Under the pieces are notes generated by a model that was given only the letters and a program-made list of their open reading frames with translations, was not told the DNA's origin and searched no databases. 64,000 nucleotides of DNA from Hyphomicrobiales bacterium (GTDB lineage: Bacteria; Pseudomonadota; Alphaproteobacteria; SPJN01), in the NCBI GenBank assembly GCA_006844605.1, contig SPJN01000001.1, positions 74,024 through 138,023 of the forward strand, read 5' to 3'. Shown one piece after another: positions 17,048-26,969 of this stretch. Position 1 is the first letter of the stretch; each line of letters starts with the position of its first letter. The translations under genes were made by a program, and so were the position numbers.

Positions 17048-19030
17048 CTAGAAAATAGAATCGAAGATCGTGTCGAAGAAATCGCGCACGGGGCGATCCT
17101 GTTTTTCAAGCTGCGGTTTGGGTTTGCCATGATGGGCACCAAACATATAGTCACGCCAAATCAACGCCGGTGTGCCGCCGCCTGATACATTCTGCATCGG
17201 GCTGGCATCATCATTGCCGACCCAAACCCCGGTTACCAAATCACCTGAATAGCCAACGAACCATGCATCGCGTGCGTTTTGGCTGGTGCCGGTTTTGCCC
17301 GCCACATTTAGCCCATCGGGTTTGGCGCGTTTGCCCGTGCCCTGTTCTACGACACGTTCAAGCATGGCTGTCATGGTTTTGGCGGTGCTGGTTGACAGGA
17401 TTTTTTCACGATCAATCCCCTCACGCGTGTAAAGCACGCGGCCCCCCTCTGTGCGGATATCGATGATCCCATAGTGATGCACAGACCACCCGCCTGACGC
17501 AAAGACAGCATAGGCGCTTGTCAGTTCCGCAAGGCTGGTTTCCCCGGTGCCCAAGGCGACGGAAGGATGTGGGGGCAGGCGGCCTGTCATGCCCAAACGG
17601 CGGGCGGTTTCGATAACTTGCTGGCGACCTGACCGTTCAGAAACCTTCACCGCAATTGTGTTGATGGAGCGGGCAAGGGCGTCTTCAAGTGCCATCTCGC
17701 CATGATATTTGCCGTCATAATTGCGCGGTGACCAGCCATTTAGCACCAATGGTGTATCACGCATGATGGTTTTGGGGGATAGGCCATATTCAAGGGCGCG
17801 GGTATAGACAATTGGCTTGAAGGCGGAACCGGGTTGGCGTTGTGCCAGTGTTGCGCGGTTAAACTGGCTTGTGCGGTAATCGCGCCCGCCAACCATTGCT
17901 CGCACAGCGCCGCTGTGATCCATTGAGATCAACGCCCCCTGACCGATTTTGTGTTTCTTGCCCAACAGGTCCAACCAATGCGTTAATGTTCGGTCGGCCA
18001 AACTTTGCAGTGCCGGATCAAATGTTGTGGTGACAATCAGGTTCTGATTGGTGTGGCCCACATGTTGGGTTAACCGATCCAGCACCCAATCAATATAGTA
18101 ACGCGGTGTTTGGTCCGCCGCCCATTTGGTGGGGCGTGCAGGGCGGCCCTTGGCATTTTTGGCCTCTGCCGTGGTTAAATAGCCTGCTTCCACCATATTT
18201 TGCAGCACAGTGGCAGCGCGCGCCTGCGACCGTTTCAGATTGGCCGTCGGCGCATAGCGGCTGGGCGCTTTGAGCAAGCCAACCATCATGGCGGATTGTT
18301 GCAATGTCAGCTTGGTTGCGCTGTGGCCGAAATATTTCTTCGACGCGGCATCAATTCCGTATGTCCCGGCACCGAAATAAACCCGGTTCAGGTACAGCGT
18401 CAGAATTTCGTCCTTCGTAAAACGATATTCCAGCCACATGGCCAGCACCAGTTCCTGGGCCTTACGGGTAATGGTCTGATCAGGCGTCAAGAAGACGTTC
18501 TTGGCAAGCTGCTGCGTGATAGTTGAGCCGCCTTCGACAATCCGCCTGGCTTTCAAATTGGTCAGCATGGCACGGGCAAAGCCGATAGGGTCAAACCCGA
18601 AATGATGACGGAAGCGGCGGTCCTCGGTGGCCAGCAATGCCTGTTCCACATAGGCCGGCAGCTCATTGACCTGAACGGGTACACCATACAGGTCGCCACG
18701 GGTTGCCAAGGTGCCGCCGCGCGCATCAATCAGTGTGACTGTGGGGCTACGATCAACAATATTCAGCTGCCCCGTATCGGGCAGGCTGAAAAAGATAAAG
18801 GCGCCAAAGCCCAGCATCCCACCAACCAGCCACAGACCGGCGACGGTGCCCCAATATAGCGCGGCCTTGAAGATGTTGGTGGGCGGGGGTTTGCGCCCAT
18901 CACGTGTGGCCCGTTTGCGACGGGCCTTACGTTGTTCTTCCTGACGTGCCTTTTGTTGCTTTGTCAGATGCGCCCCACCTGCCTTGCGTGCCTTGGCATC
19001 GGGCTTTTTCGGTGGTGTGGGTTTGCGCAT
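17048..19030 (-). CDS. mrcA: class A penicillin-binding protein 1A (glycosyltransferase + transpeptidase)
   Basis: GT51 motifs (EDRRF, GGSTITQQ), a transpeptidase motif (KTGTSQ) and an N-terminal TM anchor after a Lys/Arg-rich cytoplasmic tail. Confidence 0.85.
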   Translation of the reverse strand: MRKPTPPKKPDAKARKAGGAHLTKQQKARQEEQRKARRKRATRDGRKPPPTNIFKAALYWGTVAGLWLVGGMLGFGAFIFFSLPDTGQLNIVDRSPTVTLIDARGGTLATRGDLYGVPVQVNELPAYVEQALLATEDRRFRHHFGFDPIGFARAMLTNLKARRIVEGGSTITQQLAKNVFLTPDQTITRKAQELVLAMWLEYRFTKDEILTLYLNRVYFGAGTYGIDAASKKYFGHSATKLTLQQSAMMVGLLKAPSRYAPTANLKRSQARAATVLQNMVEAGYLTTAEAKNAKGRPARPTKWAADQTPRYYIDWVLDRLTQHVGHTNQNLIVTTTFDPALQSLADRTLTHWLDLLGKKHKIGQGALISMDHSGAVRAMVGGRDYRTSQFNRATLAQRQPGSAFKPIVYTRALEYGLSPKTIMRDTPLVLNGWSPRNYDGKYHGEMALEDALARSINTIAVKVSERSGRQQVIETARRLGMTGRLPPHPSVALGTGETSLAELTSAYAVFASGGWSVHHYGIIDIRTEGGRVLYTREGIDREKILSTSTAKTMTAMLERVVEQGTGKRAKPDGLNVAGKTGTSQNARDAWFVGYSGDLVTGVWVGNDDASPMQNVSGGGTPALIWRDYMFGAHHGKPKPQLEKQDRPVRDFFDTIFDSIF

Positions 19031-19062
19031 CAATTCTTCCCGCGTTCGCGTTCAGCCCTAAG

Positions 19063-20010
19063 CTAGGCGCGCTTTGCCTCAATCGCATCCATAATGGCTG
19101 CGGCCGCATTGGTGCCGTCAAATCGCTCAAGCTCCTGAATGCCTGTGGGGGAGGTGACGTTGATTTCGGTCAACACATCACCGATCACATCAATCCCGGC
19201 AAAGATCAGACCCTGCTCTCGCAGTGACGGGCCGATGATCTCGCAAATTTCGCGATCACGCTTGGTCAGCTCAACCTTTTCGGCCCTGCCGCCGACATGC
19301 ATGTTGGAGCGGGAGTCCCCCTCGGCGGGCACGCGGTTGATGGCGCCAATCGGCTCCCCCTCCACAAGGATGACACGTTTGTCACCGGCGCGAACGGCGG
19401 GCAGATAGGCCTGAATGACATAATGTTCCCGCATCGTGTCGTGGAACATTTCCAGCAGGGAATTTAGGTTTTCGTCACCATCCTTGATGCGGAAAATGCC
19501 GGCGCCACCATTGCCGTAAAGCGGCTTGATGATGATGTCTTTATGTTCCTTGCGAAATTCTGCCACGGCGGCAGGGTCGCGTGTGATCAGGGTGGGGGGC
19601 ATAATCCCCTCAAACTCTGTCACGAACAGTTTTTCAGGGGCATTGCGAACAGACACCGGATCATTCACCACCAAGGTTTCGGGGTGGACACGCTCCAGCA
19701 AATGCGTGGTTGTAATATAGGCCATGTCAAACGGCGGGTCCTGCCGTAGCAGCACGCAGTCAAGCTGGGTCAACGGGCGTGTTTCCCGCACGCCCAACTG
19801 GGCGTGATTGCCCTTTTCACGCTTGAGCGTCAGCGCGTGACCCGAGGCAAAGACAATGCCATCTTTCATATAAAGATCATCGGGCAGATAATAGAATAGT
19901 TCATGCCCGCGATCCTGCGCCTCCAGCCCGAGGCGGAAGGTGGAATCACCATCAATATCAATGGCATCAATCGGGTCCATCTGGATGGCAACGCTCAATT
20001 GCTTGGGCAT
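19063..20010 (-). CDS. gshB: glutathione synthetase
   Basis: [25 protein letters not shown] matches the N-terminus of GshB, and an ATP-grasp C-terminus follows. ATG at 20010. Confidence 0.9.
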   Translation of the reverse strand: MPKQLSVAIQMDPIDAIDIDGDSTFRLGLEAQDRGHELFYYLPDDLYMKDGIVFASGHALTLKREKGNHAQLGVRETRPLTQLDCVLLRQDPPFDMAYITTTHLLERVHPETLVVNDPVSVRNAPEKLFVTEFEGIMPPTLITRDPAAVAEFRKEHKDIIIKPLYGNGGAGIFRIKDGDENLNSLLEMFHDTMREHYVIQAYLPAVRAGDKRVILVEGEPIGAINRVPAEGDSRSNMHVGGRAEKVELTKRDREICEIIGPSLREQGLIFAGIDVIGDVLTEINVTSPTGIQELERFDGTNAAAAIMDAIEAKRA

Positions 20011-20126
20011 GTGCGTGTCCTTCGCTTTAGTCACTGGAAATTAGTGGATCAGTGGCATGATCCGCCCCATGACGCAAGCGTGATAGGGCGGCATTGGGGC
20101 GGAAGCTGGGGCCGGTTGTCCGGGAT

Positions 20127-20726
20127 TTACCGGCGCGGGTCGTTCTTCAGAACGACATGGCTGACGATCCTGACAACGCCTGATACTTGTTGGATCTGCC
20201 ATGTTGTGCGCTTCAACTCGGCATCTGATTGGGCAATACCCAACAGATAAACCACGCCATTGACCGTCTCAATCGTATAGTTGATATCGACGACATCGGG
20301 GTCGGTCAGCAGTCGCGCGCGGATTTTGGTGGTGATCCACGTGTCCTTGGCGCTGTCGAGCAGCGTGAAATCAGGATTGACCTCAATCTCGTTGATGACC
20401 TCCTGCACGCCTTCGATTGACCAGACAAGGCGGGCAGCTTTCACGCGGAATTCTGCCGTGTCTACCGCGCCGGTCAACAGGACACGGCCTTCATGAACTT
20501 CTGAGCTGACTTGCGCAAACAGGTCGATATTTTCATCAAGCAGGAGTGAGTTGATCTGTACCCCGATCAGTGAATCATCAACCGCATCACCGACTGACCG
20601 TTCCTGCGCAGCAGCCAGCCCTACGGTGGCAGCGCCGCCTACAATGGTTTCAACACAGCCTGTCAGGCTGCCGCCCATTAGGGCAATAAGCGCCATAGGG
20701 GCCAGAATTTGTGATGGTTTGCGCAT
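20127..20726 (-). CDS. dual BON-domain outer-membrane lipoprotein (DolP/YraP-like)
   Basis: Lipobox LTGC after the signal peptide, followed by two BON domains. A GGGAGG RBS is present. Confidence 0.7.
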   Translation of the reverse strand: MRKPSQILAPMALIALMGGSLTGCVETIVGGAATVGLAAAQERSVGDAVDDSLIGVQINSLLLDENIDLFAQVSSEVHEGRVLLTGAVDTAEFRVKAARLVWSIEGVQEVINEIEVNPDFTLLDSAKDTWITTKIRARLLTDPDVVDINYTIETVNGVVYLLGIAQSDAELKRTTWQIQQVSGVVRIVSHVVLKNDPRR

Positions 20727-20935
20727 GGAACCTCCCGAATCAACTGATGGGTGCAGTTTGTCGCCGGATTACGGCTCAATCAAGGCACTTGGTATGGCGA
20801 CAGACAAGGCAAATACTATGCTTTCGAGCCATGTTCAGGTGGGATTAGACGATCTGCCCGAAATTTGACATAAGTTGTGGGTATGAAGACGCAAAATCAG
20901 AAGGATGTGGCGTGCAAAACAGAACTGATCACAAA

Positions 20936-22600
20936 ATGACAGCGCGGGTGGCGATATTGACCGTGTGTGCCTTGGTTCTGGCTGCTTGCGGGGCGGATGG
21001 ACCGCGTGAAAAGCCGCCGATTGTCTATCGTGGTGATCAGGGAGGCTATCAACAGCCGACCCAAACCATGCCTGATCGCGGCCGCGAAGGCGCGGAAACA
21101 GATATTCCGCCGCCGGTGGATATGCGTACCGATGAATATGACACCGCCTATCTTTGGGGGCGTGATCGTGCAGCCGAAGAACAAAGCGGTGATGTGACCT
21201 ATCTGCCCGGTGCGCCAGGTGGCAGGCAGCATGATGGCGAAGGGCAACAACAAGGCTCGGCCAATTCATCCGGCTCCTCGGGCATGTATGATTTTGATTT
21301 TTCGGGTGTCGGCACGACCGGTACGAATGATGTGATGCTGCAGGGTGCCTCGCGCATTGCGATATTGGTGCCGTTAAGTGGCCCCCATGCCCATATTGGC
21401 AAGGCGCTTTATCGTGCAGCACAAATGGCATTGTTTGCGCATGGTGAACGCGGCGTGGTGTTGATGCCGCGTGATACGCAAGGGCGTCCGGATCAGGCTG
21501 CCCTGATGGTCCGTCAGGCAGCTGCCGATGGCGCTGATCTGATCCTTGGGCCGTTATTTTCTGAATCTGTCAGCGCCGCCGCACCTGAGGCCAAGCGGGC
21601 CGGCCTGTCCATGATTGCCTTTTCCAATAATCGCGATGTGGCACGGCCCGGCGTGTTTCTTTTGGGCTTTTTACCAGAACAACAAGTGACGCGTGTTGTG
21701 CGTTATGCCAGCGGGCAGGGTCTGTACCGCTTTGCCGGATTGTTCCCGGATACCAGCTATGGTCGCCGGGTCGCCTATGCCTTCCACGATGCTGTCAGCC
21801 GGTCAGGCAGTGCGGTTACACAGACCGAAGTATACTATCCCAGCGCCGAAGCGATGTTTGACCCGGTGCGGCGATTGACCAATTATGACGTACGGGTTGC
21901 CGCCTATAAACGCCAGGTCGCTGCGTTGGAAGCTGAAGACACGGCCTTTGCCCGTGCCGCGCTTGAACGGTTACAAGATCGTGAGGCGGTGGGTGATGTC
22001 GGGTTTGATGCAGTGCTGTTGCCCGCAGGGGGCACAAATCTTAAGTCACTTGCCCCCTTGCTGCCCTATTACGAAGTAAACCCCAAGGATGTGAAGTTTT
22101 TGGGTACGGGCCTTTGGGGCGAAGCGGGTGTCGGCCTTGAGCCTGCGTTGGTAGGCGGGTGGTATGCGGGGCCACCCCCCGCACATGAGGCCAGCTTTGC
22201 CGCGCGGTATGAGGCCGTGTTTGATAACAGACCCCCCCGTTTGGCAAGTTTGGGCTTTGACGCCATGTCACTTGCGGTGGCATTACATAAGGCTGATCCG
22301 ACCAGCACCAGTCGCCGTCGCTTTGCTGCCCGGTCAATCGCCCGCCCCCAAGGGTTCGCCGGGATGGATGGCATTTTCCGGTTTCATGACAATGGTTTGA
22401 ATGAGCGCGGCTTGGCGGTGATTGAGGTTTTGCCGACAGGGACCAAGGTGATTGACCCTGCGCCGACCCGTTTCATAATTTATGATGCGCAGTGGCAGCA
22501 AGACACGCCTGAGGCCCGCGCAAGGCAGCGCCTGACCCCACAACAGGATGAATATCAGCAGCCTTATTTCAATCCCGGCTTTGGTCGCGCCACACCCTAA
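20936..22600 (+). CDS. LpoA-like penicillin-binding protein activator lipoprotein (periplasmic-binding-protein type I fold C-domain)
   Basis: Lipobox LAACG and an LivK-like PBP-I fold (ILVPLSGPHAHIGKALYRAAQMAL). The gene is adjacent to the dolP-like and PBP1A genes, as in the enterobacterial yraM(lpoA)-yraP(dolP) locus. A GTG at 20912 is a possible alternative start. Confidence 0.55.
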   Translation: MTARVAILTVCALVLAACGADGPREKPPIVYRGDQGGYQQPTQTMPDRGREGAETDIPPPVDMRTDEYDTAYLWGRDRAAEEQSGDVTYLPGAPGGRQHDGEGQQQGSANSSGSSGMYDFDFSGVGTTGTNDVMLQGASRIAILVPLSGPHAHIGKALYRAAQMALFAHGERGVVLMPRDTQGRPDQAALMVRQAAADGADLILGPLFSESVSAAAPEAKRAGLSMIAFSNNRDVARPGVFLLGFLPEQQVTRVVRYASGQGLYRFAGLFPDTSYGRRVAYAFHDAVSRSGSAVTQTEVYYPSAEAMFDPVRRLTNYDVRVAAYKRQVAALEAEDTAFARAALERLQDREAVGDVGFDAVLLPAGGTNLKSLAPLLPYYEVNPKDVKFLGTGLWGEAGVGLEPALVGGWYAGPPPAHEASFAARYEAVFDNRPPRLASLGFDAMSLAVALHKADPTSTSRRRFAARSIARPQGFAGMDGIFRFHDNGLNERGLAVIEVLPTGTKVIDPAPTRFIIYDAQWQQDTPEARARQRLTPQQDEYQQPYFNPGFGRATP

Positions 22601-22618
22601 ACGGCGCTGCGGGATCGT

Positions 22619-24226
22619 TTAATGCTCGTCCAGTGCTGCCATCATGGCCGTGCGGGCGTCTTGGGCTGTTTTGATTTCAGATGCCTTGCGGGCGTCATCC
22701 CAATCAAGCTGCGCGGCCATCGCCGTGGCGGCTTCATCAAGGGCGCTGATCCCGCCATCAAGATCATACCATGCCCGGCCTGACCGTCTGACCCACCAGT
22801 CTTCCAATCGTTGCGCCCCTTCATGGGTCACTGCATAGCGTGCCTCATGCGCGGGGCCAAAGGGGGCACCGTCTGCTGTTGCAAGTGCCGCCGCAGCATG
22901 TGCGCCATAGCTTGTGGTCAGCTTGGTCGCCTGCGCCGATGAAAGGCCAAACTGTTGCGCAAGCGATGCTTCAAATTGGGCAAGGTCCGCAATATCGCCG
23001 CCGGGAAGGGGCAGCGTATCTGTGGGCGGTGTATCGCATGGGTGCCCCAACCGCTTTGCAATTTGATCGGCCAATCGTGCCGCCATTTTGCGATAGGCTG
23101 TCAGCTTCCCCCCCGCGATGGAGATCATGCCGTGCGGCCCTTCAAGAATTTCGTCTTTGCGGGAAATGTCTGATGGGGCCTTGCCTTCCTCTCCCAACAG
23201 GGGCCGGACGCCGGACCACAATCCGCAAACATCCGCTGGCGTCAGCTGATTGCCGCCAAACGTGTCATTGCCGCTTTCCAGTAAATAGGCGATATCGCTG
23301 AAAGTGATGGTGGGCCAGTAATCGGCATCTGCATAAAACGTATCGGTGGTGCCGAAATAGACGATATCCCCCTTGGGCACGACAAACACATTGCGGCCAT
23401 CGGGGCCGCGCATTGTTACTGTGTTGTTCAGTGGCAGGCGGCTGCGCGGCACGCAGGCATGAATGCCCTTGGTCAGAATCAGGCGTTTGGCGGCATCGGC
23501 GTCCTCAAGGCTGCGCAAGGCATCGACCCAAGGGCCGGCAGCATTGATTAACTGTTTGGCCTTAATGGTTGCGCCCAGCGTTTCGCCGGGCAGGGTGCTC
23601 TGCACCTCAAACCCTGTAATTGTGTTTTGTTCAATGATGGCCTTGGTGGCGCGGGCATAATTGACCGTTACCGCGCCGTGTAATGCTGCATCCTGCACAT
23701 TGGCAAGGGTCAGGCGCGCATCATCAGTCAGATATTCATAATAATGACAGGCCCCGGCAAAGCGGCCCGGCTTGATCGCTGGTTCAATTTCTTGCAATTG
23801 CGCAGCGCTGACCATGCGGTGACGTTCATTCTTGGCAACGCGCCCCAGCTTTTCAAAGGCAATAAGCCCGGCCTTGATGATCCATTGTTCCTTGCGGCTG
23901 CGGGCGGTTACCAGCATGGGGTTCACTCGCGCCAGATGCGGCGCAATCTGGCGCAAGGCTGCCCGTTCCCGTGACGCTTCGCGGACAACGCCGAAATCAC
24001 CCTGGGCAAGATAGCGCAAACCGCCATGCACCAACTTGGATGACCGGCTGGAGGTGCCGGCGGCGAAGTCGCTGGCCTCCACAAGGGCGCAGGTCAGCCC
24101 ACGCATTGCCACCTCACGCGCCAGACCGGCACCTGTTATGCCGCCGCCGATGATCAGAACGTCAAATGTTTCGGCCTCAAGACGATTGAATATTGCCTGT
24201 CTGTTGCGCAGGTCAAAACCTGTCAT
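22619..24226 (-). CDS. glpD: FAD-dependent glycerol-3-phosphate dehydrogenase
   Basis: Rossmann motif DVLIIGGGITGAGLAREVAMRGL. The 535-aa protein starts at MTGFDL; the 631-aa track ORF carries a basic N-terminal extension that is unlikely to be real. Confidence 0.85.
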   Translation of the reverse strand: MTGFDLRNRQAIFNRLEAETFDVLIIGGGITGAGLAREVAMRGLTCALVEASDFAAGTSSRSSKLVHGGLRYLAQGDFGVVREASRERAALRQIAPHLARVNPMLVTARSRKEQWIIKAGLIAFEKLGRVAKNERHRMVSAAQLQEIEPAIKPGRFAGACHYYEYLTDDARLTLANVQDAALHGAVTVNYARATKAIIEQNTITGFEVQSTLPGETLGATIKAKQLINAAGPWVDALRSLEDADAAKRLILTKGIHACVPRSRLPLNNTVTMRGPDGRNVFVVPKGDIVYFGTTDTFYADADYWPTITFSDIAYLLESGNDTFGGNQLTPADVCGLWSGVRPLLGEEGKAPSDISRKDEILEGPHGMISIAGGKLTAYRKMAARLADQIAKRLGHPCDTPPTDTLPLPGGDIADLAQFEASLAQQFGLSSAQATKLTTSYGAHAAAALATADGAPFGPAHEARYAVTHEGAQRLEDWWVRRSGRAWYDLDGGISALDEAATAMAAQLDWDDARKASEIKTAQDARTAMMAALDEH

Positions 24227-24383
24227 AAAGGGGCGCTCCTTGCGTAAAAGTTGCGCGATTGTGCCATAGACGGGAAGGGGGGTGCCATTGAAATTATGAT
24301 GTTTTCGTCCGTCACGATTGCCAATCGCCCAAAAAAGGCGGAGACTTCCTACTAGGGCATATACTCTAGGCACAAAGCGCGGG

Positions 24384-26894
24384 GAGGCGTTTATGGCACA
24401 TGTGTGGATGACCGTATTGGGGCTGATGGTTTTATTGACCGGGGCCGTTCTGGTGTTGCCCATCGCCAATCGCGTGCGCTTTCCCTTTACCGTGCTATTG
24501 GCCATCGTTGGCATGGGGGTCGGTTTCCTTGCCGAAGGTCTGGGTATCGCGGGGCACGTCGCCCAATTAACCCAAGATCATCATGGCAGCGGGTCCGCAT
24601 TTCGGGATGCCCTTATCGCCCTTGTCAGCCTTGATGTAACGTCAGAGGCGATCTTGTTTATCTTCCTTCCTGCCCTTGTGTTTGAAAGCGCCCTGTCGAT
24701 TGATGTGCGCCGCCTGATGGAAGATATTGGCCCGATCCTGTTTTTGGCAGCGTTGGGGTTGCTGGTGTCTACAGCGGTTATCGGGATTGTTCTAAATCAA
24801 TTCAGCGGCATGTCGCTGATTGCCTGCCTGTTGTTGGGGGCCATATGCTCTGCCACTGACCCGGTTGCGGTCGTGGCGATATTCAAAGAAGTAGGGGCAC
24901 CCAAGCGGCTTGCCATTTTGGTTGAAGGGGAAAGCCTGTTCAATGATGCAACAGCCATCGTTGTCTTTACCTTGTTGCTTGCCATGTTGACCGGTGAAGG
25001 TGGCATCAGTTTTCTGGGGGGGGTCGGCAGTTTCCTGAAGGTGTTTATCGGCGGCATCATCGTCGGGTTTGTGATGGCCCGCGTGTTCTGTGTGGTTATC
25101 GGACGGTTGAATGATTTTCCATTGGCGGCGATCACCCTGACGATCACGTTGGCCTATCTATCCTTTATCGCTGCGGAACATTATCTGCATGTGTCTGGTG
25201 TGATGGCATCGGTCACTGCCGCGCTGGTGGTCGGGTCAACCGGGCGCACCGCGATCAAGCCTGCAATTTTCCATTCCATGCATGACATATGGGAACAGTT
25301 GGGATTTTGGGCAAATGCTGTCATTTTCGTGTTGGTGGGCATTGCCGTGCCGCATTTGTTGGCAAAGGCTGATCCGCGCTTGTTCCTGATGGTTGGTGTG
25401 TTGATCGTCACCGCAACGATAATTCGTTCGCTGATCGTCTATGGATCGGTGCCTATGTTGGCGCGTTTGGGTGTGGCGCAAAAGGTCTCACAATCCTTCC
25501 AGACCGTTATGGTGTGGGGCGGTCTGCGCGGGGCGGTGTCGTTGGCATTGGCGCTGGCAGTGGTAGAAAACGAGTTGGTCCCTGAAGATGCGCGCACCTT
25601 TATTGCAGTGCTGGTCACGGGTTTTGTGTTGTTCACCCTGTTTACACAGGCCACGACGATCCGCCCGGTCATGAATAAGTTGGGGCTTGATAAACTCAGC
25701 CACGCGGATGAGGCATTGCGCAACCGCTCCGTCGGGTTTGCGGCTGACCGTATTCGCGGATCGGTGCAGGCATTTGGCGAAGCGCGTGGCCTGACGGAAG
25801 ATGAGATCAATGCCGCCTTTGACGAAGAAACAGGCTTCGAAGATAAGGCGTTTGAAGCCACTGTGACAGAGGATGAGTGGATTGTGGCAGGGCTGAAAGC
25901 CATGCTGTCACAGGAGCGGCGTGCCTATCTTGATGGGTTTGGTTCTGGGGCCATTTCCTCTACCGCCTTGCGTGAATTGTTGATGCGCGTTGATGATATT
26001 GCAGACGCGACCAAGGCAGGTGGGATTGAAGGGTACCGGAACGCCAGCGAGGCTGCGGTAGAGTTTGATCGCGGGTTCCGTGTTGGTCGGTGGTTGCAGC
26101 GCCGCTTTGGGGTCGATGCGGTTTTGGCCCGCGCCCTTGCCCTGCGGTTTGAGGTGCTGGACGCAATGGCAGCAGCACTGACTGCGCGCTCATCCGAAGA
26201 CAGCGCCGAAATGCGTGCGTTGGTCGGCGCACAGGGTGCTGAAAAAGCGACACAAGAATTGGCCGCCCGTACAAAAAGGGTTGAGCGGCGGTTAAACAAT
26301 ATCAAGCTGCTATATCCTGACTATGTTGAACGGGTCGAGGCACGCAATCTGCGCCTTGTCGCCCTGCGGTTGGAACAGGCTGATTATGACAGGTTGGCTG
26401 CGCAGTCCCTGATCGGGGCATCCGTTCATCAATCATTGGTGGATGAGCTGGCGGAAAAACGGCGGGCGCTTGATAAACTTCCGGCGCTGGATATTCATCT
26501 TGATGCCACGCTGTTGCTGCGTAAGGTGCCGCTATTTGCCAAGTTAACCGATAGTGAAATCGCGGCGGTTGCCAAATTGATGAAGCCGCGCCTGATGTTG
26601 CCCGATGAAACAATTTTCAAACGCGGTGATGTGGGTCGCGAGATGTTCTTTATCTCGCTTGGCGCGGTTGAGGTGCTGTTGCCGGGCCGATCGATTGAGT
26701 TGGGCTCGGGCAGCTATTTCGGTGAGATTGCCCTGTTTGAAGATCAGGAACGTAATGCGGATGTTAAGACATTAAGTTTTTGTGAGGTGCTGGCGCTATC
26801 CAGGGACGATCTTGACCGCCTACTTGCGACCAAGCCTGAGTTGCGCGATGAACTGCGCCGCGAAGTGGCGCGCAGGCTGGCGGAAAACCAATAA
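24384..26894 (+). CDS. CPA1 (NhaP-type) Na+/H+ antiporter fused to C-terminal cyclic-nucleotide-binding (CAP-ED) domain
   Basis: About 400 aa of 12-13 TM segments with an ATDPVAV motif, then a coiled-coil linker, then a cNMP-binding fold (FGEIALF, RNADVKT). Confidence 0.75.
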   Translation, partial: EAFMAHVWMTVLGLMVLLTGAVLVLPIANRVRFPFTVLLAIVGMGVGFLAEGLGIAGHVAQLTQDHHGSGSAFRDALIALVSLDVTSEAILFIFLPALVFESALSIDVRRLMEDIGPILFLAALGLLVSTAVIGIVLNQFSGMSLIACLLLGAICSATDPVAVVAIFKEVGAPKRLAILVEGESLFNDATAIVVFTLLLAMLTGEGGISFLGGVGSFLKVFIGGIIVGFVMARVFCVVIGRLNDFPLAAITLTITLAYLSFIAAEHYLHVSGVMASVTAALVVGSTGRTAIKPAIFHSMHDIWEQLGFWANAVIFVLVGIAVPHLLAKADPRLFLMVGVLIVTATIIRSLIVYGSVPMLARLGVAQKVSQSFQTVMVWGGLRGAVSLALALAVVENELVPEDARTFIAVLVTGFVLFTLFTQATTIRPVMNKLGLDKLSHADEALRNRSVGFAADRIRGSVQAFGEARGLTEDEINAAFDEETGFEDKAFEATVTEDEWIVAGLKAMLSQERRAYLDGFGSGAISSTALRELLMRVDDIADATKAGGIEGYRNASEAAVEFDRGFRVGRWLQRRFGVDAVLARALALRFEVLDAMAAALTARSSEDSAEMRALVGAQGAEKATQELAARTKRVERRLNNIKLLYPDYVERVEARNLRLVALRLEQADYDRLAAQSLIGASVHQSLVDELAEKRRALDKLPALDIHLDATLLLRKVPLFAKLTDSEIAAVAKLMKPRLMLPDETIFKRGDVGREMFFISLGAVEVLLPGRSIELGSGSYFGEIALFEDQERNADVKTLSFCEVLALSRDDLDRLLATKPELRDELRREVARRLAENQ

Positions 26895-26969
26895 GATTTT
26901 ACAGGCAAACAGGCCGCAGAATGTGCTAAATGTTAGGTATATATCAATTACCTTTCAGGGCCTGATTTT

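Noticed and set aside
22619-24514. 631-aa version of glpD with a 96-aa basic N-terminal extension
   Set aside because: The extension precedes the Rossmann fold, is rich in Arg/Thr/Asn with no counterpart in GlpD proteins, and an internal ATG at 24226 gives a canonical N-terminus.
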